50,545 nucleotides of DNA from Catajapyx aquilonaris (Eukaryota), in assembly GCA_000934665.2 (NCBI GenBank), contig JYFJ02000726.1, forward strand, positions 62,001-112,545, in the 5' to 3' direction. The position numbers were made by a program, and so were the translations under genes. This document shows, piece after piece, positions 1 to 12,100 of this stretch (position 1 is the stretch's first letter; every line of letters starts with the position of its first letter). The notes below the pieces were generated by a model that had not been told where the DNA came from, searched no databases, and saw nothing but the letters and a program-made list of their open reading frames with translations.

Positions 1-2
1 AA

Positions 3-743
<741 letters not shown>

Positions 744-745
744 AG

Positions 746-928
746 ATGGATAAAGGCATGAGGAAACTCCCGTCGTGGATTACGGAGAAGGCGAAAGAAG
801 AGGTGAAGCCAGAGGCACAGAAAGAGTGTGTCCCGGTTAAAGTACGGAAGGTCCAGTATGTGATGAGTCCTGACGAGCTGGGGCAAGCTGCTAGACTAGC
901 GCTGGAAACTAGTAAGAAGGCTGAGTGA
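746..928 (+). CDS. CYREN: CYREN/MRI (C7orf49)-like microprotein, 60 aa, with Ku-binding motif
   Basis: MDKGMRKLPSWITEK...VRKVQYVMSPDELGQAARLALETSKKAE. RKLPSW fits the R-x-L-P-x-W Ku-binding motif. VQYVMSPDELGQAARLALE aligns with recalled human TVYCMNEAEIVDVALGILIE. ATG lies 2 nt after the FAM89 stop. Confidence 0.72.
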   Translation: MDKGMRKLPSWITEKAKEEVKPEAQKECVPVKVRKVQYVMSPDELGQAARLALETSKKAE

Positions 929-1946
929 TTGTAACTGTGATGGTGAATTACATTCCTGGAAGTTTTAGCAACATATCAATGGTTTGAGAATGTGTGAGGC
1001 AGCTGAACAATTTAAGAAAGTAGCATTATGGCTGTGGAATCAAGGATGTCTTCAATATTGATGTGTCTGTGTGTGAGTTAATTGGCGTTAATGATGCCAA
1101 TGCATGTGATGACAGTGGACAGTTTATAATGTTTATGATTTTTTTACAAGATGTTGCAGATATTAGTTTAATCATTCCAGATAGATACATTGCATGTAAT
1201 TTACATAATTATTATCACTCACACTCTGCTCACACTAGTGCACATATTATAAAAGTTTACACACCACCAGTGTGACCATTATGCGAATCCGTATATTTGT
1301 CATAGTCATCCCATGTGAGTAGAACAGTGTTCAAACTGTCTGAAGAAATGTGTTTTCTCTCGTGTGTATGTGGTTGGTTGCTTATGTGCAAAGCATACTC
1401 AAGAAGTGCATATAAGTGTAATGGAGTAGTGCTAGGATCTAGCGTGAATGCAGATTTACTGGCATTAAATAATGGCTCGTAACAAGGTGCAAGCAGCCAG
1501 CCACATACGAGAACTTGTTCTAAACTGTATTAATTAATGCAGGTAATTAATGTTAGATCCTGGTAAAGGCAGTTTTGTGGGGGAAGACCTTGAAAACCAC
1601 ACATTCGCAGTCCGATTACAGAGGTGTGCCATGCAACGTACTGTAAATACTGCCCACATGCTCAGTTTTTTCCCACCCACTAGGGTCCTTCAATACTCAA
1701 CAAAAGGTATGGGCCATCCATTTTATATGCAAGTTTTAAAGGCACCATATCAATCACTAGTGACTGTTCAAGTTATGAACACTGTGTAATTGTCTTTAAA
1801 TGTACTGATGTGTGCATGTGATCTTCAGTGTTCGGTTGTTGTCATAGCTCAATATCTGGTTTCTGCTATTATTTTCTAATGAGCTGTTAAGGTCAACGAA
1901 GTTATTAGCATCCCATTAAATTTGTCGGAGAAACCAAGCTGTAGAT

Positions 1947-2095
1947 CAGCGTTTCTCAACCTTTATACCCTTGGAAGACATATTCATGTCTCAGGGAACC
2001 CCTACATAAAATGTCAATCAATGTCTCAAATGAATAACATGTTATCACTATTTCTAGCGGAACCCCCTGACAATTGCCCTGGTTGAGAAACATTG
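1947..2095. mobile_element. hAT (Charlie-like) MITE
   Basis: TIRs cagcgtttctcaacc / ggttgagaaacattg. Flanking 8-mers ctgtagat and ctttagag match 6/8 and resemble the NTCTAGAN target. Confidence 0.65.
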
Positions 2096-3159
2096 CTTTA
2101 GAGTTTAGATAAATGGTTCCACAGGTCTTCTTGAGACGTAACATGGGAAGCAGAAATCCCGTGACGGAGGAGCCAATGTTACTTCTCAAGCGAGATAATG
2201 CACATCGATCACATTTCTATATGTTTATGAATCACGACAATAACATTGGTTTTGAGCCACAGTTGTTTTAATTTCTCCCTCATTATTCCAGCTGCGTTGG
2301 TCCCAGGGACACATGATCATTTATTGTTCGCCAGGTGATCCAACCGGAGCAGCAAATTCTAGTGTGTCCATCCATGCAAATGTGTTATTTTTTTCCTTCA
2401 TTGTTTGTCCAACATTTCCAGATGACGACTTCTACCCCCACCACCACCATCTTCAACTCCCTCACATGACACAGATCCGAAGTCCGTTATGGCCCGATGG
2501 GTAGTCCGGTTGACCCCAAAAAAGAACCATCCATCCATCCAGTTCAATTCCATCAAAGGTCCTTGACCTCTCCCTATACATAGTGGACATCCTCTCTTTT
2601 CATATGATAAGGGAACGACAAAAAGCGAGTGGTCTCCACCCCCATGACGTTTTCCAGGTAAATCTTTTTTTAACGTATATAAAATCCACCGCTGGGCGTG
2701 TGTGTGTATGTGTGTGCAAGCCTCGCATACCACATTCCTGCGGCCGGAAGGAATTTGCCCTCAGGCAGCTTTTTCATTCCCCCCAACAACCTCACCCTCT
2801 TTTTTTCCCCCCCCCATCCAAACCAGTGAGCATCACAAGCCCCTCGAAGGACTCGGGCAGGTGTTGTTGACACACTTTTTTAATATACATATAATCCTGA
2901 TGGAGGGCTTCTAGAGACCCGGGGCCAAACCCACGTTCGAAATCTGTTGGCAACACTGGGGGACGGCCATCACCAATTTTTTTGACCCCTTCTTGGAGTG
3001 AAAGTTTGGTGCGTAGTTTTGTTCTGATTTTGGCGGTGGCTTCAGGGGATCTGTTGTGGTCCAGCCAGCAAGGTCGAGGTGTCACCAGTTCACCTCCATT
3101 GTCATTTTGGTGAATAGTAGGTGTCACTAGAGGTTGGCTCCACTGCTGACTTGTTGTAC

Positions 3160-3945
3160 GCTACTAACTAGTAGTTACTAGTACTTACAAGTGGTGCACT
3201 ACTTACTAGTGCAGGTGCTAGTACAGGTGGTACACTACTTTAGTGCAGGTGCTAGTACAGGTGGTACACTACATATACTAGTATACTTACTTGTTAGTGG
3301 TATGCTACTTACTAGCAGTTACTAGTACTTAGTGGTATGCTATTTACTAGCAGTTACTAGTACTTCGTGGTACGCTATTTACTAGCAGTTACTAGTACTT
3401 AGTGGTACGCTACTTACTAGCAGTCACTCGTACTTAATGGTACGCTAGTTAGTGGTACGCTACTTACTAGTAGTTACTAGTACCACTAGTACTAGTGGTA
3501 TGCTACTTACAAGTAGTTACTAGTACTAGTGGTATGCTACTTACTAGTAGTTACTAGTACTTAGTGGTATGCTACTTACTAGCAGTTACTAGTACTTAGT
3601 GGTACGCTATTTACTAGCAGTTACTAGTACTTAGTGGTACGCTATTTACTAGCAGTTACTAGTACTTAGTGGTACGCTACTTACTAGCAGTTACTAGTAC
3701 TTAGTGGTACGCTACTTACTAGCAGTCACTAGTACTTAGTGGTATGCTACTTACTAGCAGTTACTAGTACTTAGTGGTATGCTACTTACTAGCAGTCACT
3801 AGTACTTAGTGGTACACTAGTTAGTGGTATGCTACTTACTAGTAGTTACTAAGTGGTATGCTAGTTAGTGGTATGCTACTTACTAGTAGTTACTAAGTGG
3901 TATGCTACTTACTAGTAGTTACAAGTACTTAGTGGTACACCACAA
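3160..3945. repeat. 35-bp tandem minisatellite (gctacttactagcagttactagtacttagtggta[c/t])
   Basis: About 20 head-to-tail units, most regular at 3570-3815, rich in ACTAGT/AGTACT palindromes, with no unique spacers. Confidence 0.95.
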
Positions 3946-3988
3946 GTGATGGTGCTACTTTTGCAGGGATGATGACTAGTTGGAAGCA

Positions 3989-5863
<1,875 letters not shown>

Positions 5864-6304
5864 AACATATAAAAGCGCAACACCATTATTGTTAGCATTC
5901 ATATACATACATTCCATCCATTGGATTACCTGGCAGCCGTCCAATTTTTATAATAATTATATTTTGTGTATTAAGCATTGTTTTTGATCCGTCCATATTT
6001 TTGGTCTTCCAGATCTCGCTTTTTGATCATCTTGTTGACTCAATAAATAGCACTATTTTTGTACGACACACAAAATCAGCATTATTATTATTATTATTCC
6101 AGGTGTCACAGCCTCATTATGACAAAACCGCAGACGATTCATCTACATTTTCATAAATTAATTCCGTCATATATGATTTGCCCTCTTTTTAATTTTTAAA
6201 CTTTTTTTAACCTGACACATTTTTTTTCAATTATTTTCCTGCAAATGAAGCATATTGTGCGTTACCAATTAATTGCCAATTTTTTTTGTGGCAAATTACG
6301 AAAA

Positions 6305-6355
6305 TCCCGCCAAAAAGTATCGATATTTTCAGTTACGATAATCAAAGATGGCAGC
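6305..6355 (+). promoter_or_regulatory. Host-type housekeeping promoter of the Harbinger-derived gene (E2F + DRE + YY1-like)
   Basis: tcccgccaaaa (E2F-like, 6305-6315), perfect DRE TATCGATA (6318-6325) and aagatggc (about 6345). A non-coding exon follows, with donor ag|gtaag at 6446 and acceptor tag| at 6543. Confidence 0.55.
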
Positions 6356-6545
6356 CTCCAGTTGAACCCAAATGTTTGACAATTAATTGAATTCGAGCTC
6401 AAATTAACAGATTTAACAAGTAGCTGCGTGCAATTACAGCTTCAGGTAAGATCAATGTGCTTGTTCTGTAATTTAGCATATGTAGCAACAATATTGGTAT
6501 GTATAATTATCAAAAAAAATGAGCTGAAGTCTTACTCACATAGAA

Positions 6546-8107
6546 ATGGACGAAGACCACCTGAATCTTCTGCAGAACATGGCAGCTAATGGAATGGATC
6601 ACAGTGCACTGCATCATTTACCTGAAGCCATCATGAGCATCCAGCATGACTCTTCAGACCGCAGGAGGAAGGTACTGGGCGCACTGATCATTCTTTTGGC
6701 AAACATGCAGAGACAGCATCAGCAAATGATGATGATGATGGCACACCAAAGAGTGGCACTGATCACCGCTCTTTTACTGAGAAGAAGGCGCCGGAGAATG
6801 ATGGCAGACAGCAGGAAGTCCAACCGCGATGTGGAGCGTCAAAGGTGGCTACGGGGTATCAGAAGGAAAAGAATGTAAGTTTCAGATGCCATTAAATAGT
6901 ACGCCGTACCGTTGAAAATGTTTGTGTTGCAGCTCATCGAGTAAGGATCTGGACGTGCGGGTGCCCAAATTCCGTATGTCTTTTCTTAAAGACAGATCGT
7001 TCGACCTGCCTTCTGTCCTGGGCGTCCCTCATCATGTCTTCTGGTTACTTATCCAGATGTGCGCCACAAACCCAAAGCCAAAGTCGCACCACCTGTCTCA
7101 AGACGTGGAGCTTGCATTGTTCCTATACTGGCTCTACACTGGTGCACCTCTGTGGCACGTGGGGTATGCATTTGGAGTTGGTTGTGCCTTAGCCGATGCG
7201 GTTGTCATGAGGACGCTGCGACATTTGTACCTTCTGGTGGACAAACATGTCCACTTTCCATCTGAGCAGCAAGCAAGACGCATTGGGGCTGGATTTGCAT
7301 CGTCTGCTGGAAGCCGTGCATTTGGGACAAGTGCTGGTGCGCTTGTCGTCACAGAGGTGAAGTGGTGTAGAAAAAACTCTGATTATCTATTGTGACATTA
7401 ATCTAATTCTTCTGGTGCAGGTTGGGTACCGCACGGGCTCCGACGTAATGATGCAGCAATTGCTGGTTGACCACCGCAGCCGAATACTGAATTCTTTTAC
7501 CACCCTGACCCGTAGCAATTGCAAGATGATCCTGAGGAGTAGTCCTTTGTACAAGAGATGTGCGTACTCACCATCAGGGAAGGTGATTTTAGCCTCGAGG
7601 AATTTCCCATGCTTATCATCGCCCCTGCACATTTTGCCACCTTACTCAGAAACCTCACTAGCTCTTACCTCCCCTGAAGCCATCATGTTTAACATACATC
7701 ACTCGCTGGCAATGGCACCAGCTAAACGAGCACTTAGGTTGCTAAGGACTCGGTGGCCTGCTGTGTACACTAGGTGGGTAACATTTAATTAGACATGTAC
7801 AGAATGTGACATGATTTATTTTACTGGCAGGCCATTGGGAGTGTCCCCGCATATAGTTCCGATGGTTTTGTCCGTTTGTACTCTTCTCCACAACGTGTGC
7901 CTTCAGATGGGATGGGAGGAGCCACATGGTGGTGACCCGTCAGATGAAGAGGATGAGGACGGGGCAGTCGATCTGAAGAAGGGGGAGAAGGACGGGGAAG
8001 AGCTCCGCAGGAAAGTGGCTGACCAGTTGTTGAGCAGGGAGGACGGTGATTACAACAGTGCACTTCAGGAAATGGGACATGATCACGATTATGCCATGTC
8101 CCCATGA
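6546..8107 (+). CDS. PIF/Harbinger transposase-derived (HARBI1/ALP1-like) protein, about 460 aa, catalytically dead; exons 6546-6874, 6933-7356, 7421-7773, 7831-8107
   Basis: Spliced CDS is 1383 nt, open, with phase-compatible GT-AG introns. It has the HTH-like LFLYWLYTGAPLWHVGYAFGV, FAxxAGSRAF, ILRSSPLY, FNIHHS..RTRW and VCTLLHNVCL blocks of Harbinger transposases. Confidence 0.85.
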
Positions 8108-8126
8108 CCAATTAAACGGTGTTCCC

Positions 8127-9448
8127 TTAATGCTCGTTTATGATCGCTTGTGTTAACCTGTTGATGGCACCCAAGAGTGCATCGTTGTTCTTGATGAAGC
8201 TCTGCTGCATCTGAACCATCAGCCTGTTACTCTCTTCCAGGTGACGCAACAATGCTGCCTCCACCTCAGGGATGTTTGGCTGCTTTGCGCTACGTGGCCG
8301 CTTTGGAGGTGCCACTGTCTCACTATCTTCCACCTCACTCTCTGCCTCATCCGGGTCCATCAACCTCTGTGTGCTTCTCAAAGACCGCTTACGGAGTTGC
8401 CTGGAATCACATTATCTGTAGTACAGCATTGAACAGCGATTAATGCGACACTGACATTGTCGGCTCAGGAATGTCTGCCGCATCATCAACGTTCCCTTTC
8501 TGATCCTTCTCTCCCATTATCTGCTCCATCAGATCATAAAACATCCATGTGTTTTGGCTAAAAGACTGCCGATTGGACGTCTTGATATCCTGCAACACCG
8601 CAATTTTATCAGCAACATGCTCAAAACGATTCAACCAAACTTGCCTTGTAATGTTGGCACAAGTTGGACCACTTCTTCCGGCACTGGTCCGCCATAATCA
8701 GGCCATCAATCCCAAGCTCTTGCATAATCCCCCTTTAAAAAAGGAGATTCTCATTAAGTCGCTGCGAGTACACTACAAGTACTCGTACTCACTCCCATGC
8801 AGTCTTGGCCGAATTCCGCTTCCCCGTGAAATCGAAGCGACGTTCATACCGCAGCTGGATGAAGCGCCTGGTCAGTTCATCAGTCCCTTCGTACATTAAC
8901 GAGTTATTAATTAACTAGCAAGAAGCCTGTTTCACAGCAACAATCGCTGTTGATATCATAGCAACCTGTTGCCATGGACATTGTATAAAAAGGGTTGCCA
9001 TGGACAAACTTTCTCTTACATATGTAACAAAGTTTGTCCATGGGAACTGGTTATTAATCTTGTTATATCCTTTTTATACTTGAGAAAGTTTGTCCATGAC
9101 AACCCTTTTTTATACTATGTCCATGGCAACTGGTTGCTATGATATATGAGTGTAAAATATCATGGTAACCAGTTCCCATGGCGTCCCCGCTGTCATGGAC
9201 AAACAAGCAAACAAACTTTCTCTTATATGCAGGTAAGATATAACTGGTTGCCATGTTGACCCCACTGCCATGGACGCACAAACAAGCAAACAAACTTTAC
9301 CTTATATATGCTGTTTAGCCTATGTACCATATGTAAGATTAATTAATTACAGCCGAGTTCTACCCTGATAATTAGCATAATTGTGTGACCTACATTTAAA
9401 CTGCAATCCGAGTATATCTTCTGGAGGGCAAGGGTCATTTGAGGTCAT
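8127..9448 (-). CDS. Myb/SANT (trihelix-like) DNA-binding protein of Harbinger ORF1 type, 214 aa; exons 9448-9394, 8886-8793, 8732-8645, 8589-8456, 8400-8127
   Basis: Spliced CDS is 645 nt: MTSNDPCPPEDILGLQFKWTDELTRRFIQLRYERRFDFTGKRNSAKTAWEGIMQELGIDGLIMADQCRKKWSNLCQHYKDIK...TWMFYDLMEQIMG, then a C-terminal coiled coil. The three Trp of the SANT/trihelix are present. One intron is GC-AG. The ORF track shows only fragments of this gene. Confidence 0.85.
8953..9145. repeat. Inverted repeat (foldback/MITE-like) in intron 1 of the Myb/SANT gene; partial copies continue to about 9305
   Basis: atatcatagcaacctgttgccatggacattgtataaaaagggttgccatggacaaactttctc is mirrored by gagaaagtttgtccatgacaaccc...gttgctatgatat. 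Confidence 0.8.
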
Positions 9449-9901
9449 ATCCTTTCGTACCTCCCGCCCCTGGGCAGAAGAAAATATTCCAAGCAGTCTA
9501 AAGAGGTCACACAAGTGACCTTGCGAGGCACCCAGACGACCTTTAGCCTCGCTTGCCCTGCAGATGCGTCCGTTCGAGTCCTAGGCTGCAACCAGAGTAG
9601 TACGAGGATGTAGGGGTTCAGTGGGGTCAAGAGGTCACCGCAAATCTACGGGGCAAAGTCGACACAGAAGGTCACTCCTTGCAAGACCGCACCCCAAAAT
9701 GGAATAGCGGTTTACATGCGCCAGGAGCTTCAAAGTGCGCGTGCGTCAGTGGTAATGCAAGTCCGCTATTGGTCGGAAGATGTGTCTGGTGACGGATGGT
9801 TTCAGATGTAAACAGTTGCCTACGGAGACAGCATTTGGAACGTTCTACACTTGGTTCTGAACAGTTCTGAACAGGTTCTAAACGTCGTGTCTGCTGAAGT
9901 C

Positions 9902-10398
9902 ATGGCCGCCTCCTCCGGCTGCCCTCCACTGGCCGACATAGCCTTCGAGGTAATATCACAATATTGTAGAGTCCAAGCACATTACGCTGTATGGCTCCGG
10001 TATGGCTGTTATTAGTAGACTACAATGTTGCATCACATTTCAGGCTACGTTGCTGTCCTGGCTGAAAGGTAATGAGTCTGCCAAGCAATACCTGGAAAGC
10101 ACGCTGCAGTGGAAGTTGCTGCTTCGGATGTACGACTACCTGCAGGGTGGGGCTACACAGGCACAGATTGACGCCTGCAGGGTACGTTGTTATTGTACGC
10201 TCAACTGCTGAGTGATTTACCCCTTATTATTGGGCCACACCGAGTAAGAAACGGATTGTTCCGCAGGCGGAGACGACTGTTGCAATCGCGCAGTATGTGA
10301 GGGACCACCCAAGAGCCTCGCCGCAGCAGATGGAGACGGAGATTCAACGTCAGGTGGCTGCGTTCTCCGCCCGCCTGCAGAACCTCAATCTTGTCTAA
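9902..10398 (+). CDS. Uncharacterised 105-aa helical protein; exons 9902-9949, 10044-10181, 10267-10398
   Basis: gtcATGG start, two phase-0 GT-AG introns, open frame MAASSGCPPLADIAFE-ATLLSWLKG...IDACR-AETTVAIAQYVRDHPRAS...LNLV*, and AATAAA at about 10525. Family not recognised. Confidence 0.7.
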
Positions 10399-11014
10399 AC
10401 GGTATCAAACGACGTGATCATACCTGTGCATTTATGCCCGCATTGTTTGAATCGCCATCATTAAGAGGAGCAACCCATCATTACGAGGAGCAACGTTTCC
10501 TATATATTTGTGCATTATTAATGTAATAAAATTCCTGTCCTGTAATGAATCCAATGTTGATCATTGTTACGTGAGTTGTGCAATCCTCGCTCAGCTGAAA
10601 ACGAATCGATGATCTGCGACGTCATCGTCACACAACAATGTGAGTAAACAGTGTCAACGAAAATGAACATTGTTTTACTCCCTATTGTAGCATGAGAACA
10701 AAATGATGGCGTCGGATCGTCGTTTCCTTCCCCGCATCATTCGATCGGTCGGGATATAATTTATTTCCACTGGTTTGTGCCGCCTGATATTCATTTGTGG
10801 CAGTGAATCACACACACATTAACTAGCTCATGTATTTTTAAAATTCATTTAATTCGTATTACTCAAATCGCTGTACAGAATCGACCGTATTTCAGTTTAC
10901 AGTATCGAACTCCCAATGTGACGTCATCCAGTGTTGCCAGATGAGTGAGGTTGCCAGGTTGTGCACAAAAACAAAAACAAAAAAACATTCTTTTGTTTTC
11001 GAACATTCGGAAAG

Positions 11015-11566
11015 ATGGCGGCTAATGGAAGTAAGTTGATTCCTTCGTCTCTTACAGCCTCGAAAACTCTGTCTCCTGTTGAACATTTGGAAACTTAAAA
11101 ACTGATCAACAGGGTCGCAATTAACCGTGGGTGTAATTAGTAGGAGTAATGAAATGACGTCCATTATTAGTACTGCATTTTTCAGACCCTTCTGGTACGC
11201 CCGCAGATCCGGCGAGTGGTTCGAACAACGGGCTGGCCTCCCTCTTATCCGATGCTGCTCAGGTAATGGAATGGCTAGAAGCGTACAGTACCGTTGGCAC
11301 ATCATAAATTGTGTGCTACTCCACAGAGGGCCATCAAGACCGACAAGGACCGTGACACTGCCCCTGGGCAGAAGGCGAAGAACCGTGTGGACCTGCACTC
11401 CCTTCCGACCCGGCAGTACTTGGACCAGACGGTCGTACCCATCCTGCTGATGGCCATGTCCGCACTGGCCAAGGAACGGCCGCCTGAGCCTATTGACTAC
11501 CTGGCCGCTTACTTGCTGAAGAACAAGGCGCAGTACGACTCATCCAACGGTGCTGGCAGGCCCTGA
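11015..11566 (+). CDS. DPY30: Dpy-30 homolog (COMPASS/SET1 subunit); exons 11015-11030, 11186-11262, 11327-11566
   Basis: [48 protein letters not shown] is the Dpy-30 motif. YY1-like aagATGGCGGC at the start. AATAAA at about 11600. Confidence 0.95.
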
Positions 11567-11712
11567 TTTTTTGTCGTGTGTTTCCACTTGATGCATGTAA
11601 ATAAAACACTACACGTTTAAGGATATGCATTTTCTTAGTGGTACTGAGGGGTTGGTCACTTACAAAGGCCTTCGTACACCAAGGCTGAAGTCCATCGTAC
11701 ACTTGTATCTCT

Positions 11713-12100
11713 GCCTTGAAGTGGCGGGTGGGCTTGTCATTCTCCCATGACCATGAGAGCTATGCCGGCAGTAACTTCGTCTACTGGCAGGGCATCCTAA
11801 AGGCCGGTATCGACGTGCGAGTCTTCTTACGCGAGAAATCTTGTACGTCAAGACGGACTCTTTGTCGCCTCAGGGCTCCTCTTGTCCCTCGAAAAGGGGA
11901 TTAAAGTTGAAAATTTCTAACATTTCCTCGTATCCGGGCATGCGCAGTTGGCTCCTCGTATGCGAGAAACCTCGTACGTGGATACCGGCCTTAAGTTCGC
12001 TCCTTTTTCTCTTAGTTTTTATCTCCATCTGTCCCACCTTTGCAGCATCTTATAGCCTGATAGTTTGCCTTCGCTCCTTCCTAATAAACCTAAACCAAAG
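11713..12100 (+). mobile_element. Dispersed repeat resembling the 5' end of RTE/BovB-like retroelements, interrupted by a MITE
   Basis: Shares tctccc.tgacc...gagctatgccgg...cagggc and ctcctt(t)cctaataaac(c)taaaccaa with a second copy at 28250-28372. Confidence 0.5.
11801..11991. mobile_element. Tourist-type (PIF/Harbinger) MITE, 191 bp
   Basis: TIRs aggccggtatc(g/c)acgt(g/a)cgag and a TAA target-site duplication at 11798-11800 and 11992-11994. Confidence 0.85.

Noticed and set aside
3160..3945. CRISPR-like array
   Set aside because: Units are contiguous with no unique spacers, there are no cas genes, and the context is eukaryotic.
6546..9448. Active autonomous Harbinger transposon
   Set aside because: The DDE triad is absent and I found no TIRs or TSD around the pair.
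11015..11566. Functional clustering of DPY30 with the HCF-motif pseudo-transposase
   Set aside because: Gene adjacency in animal genomes is weak evidence of shared function, so I treated it as coincidence.
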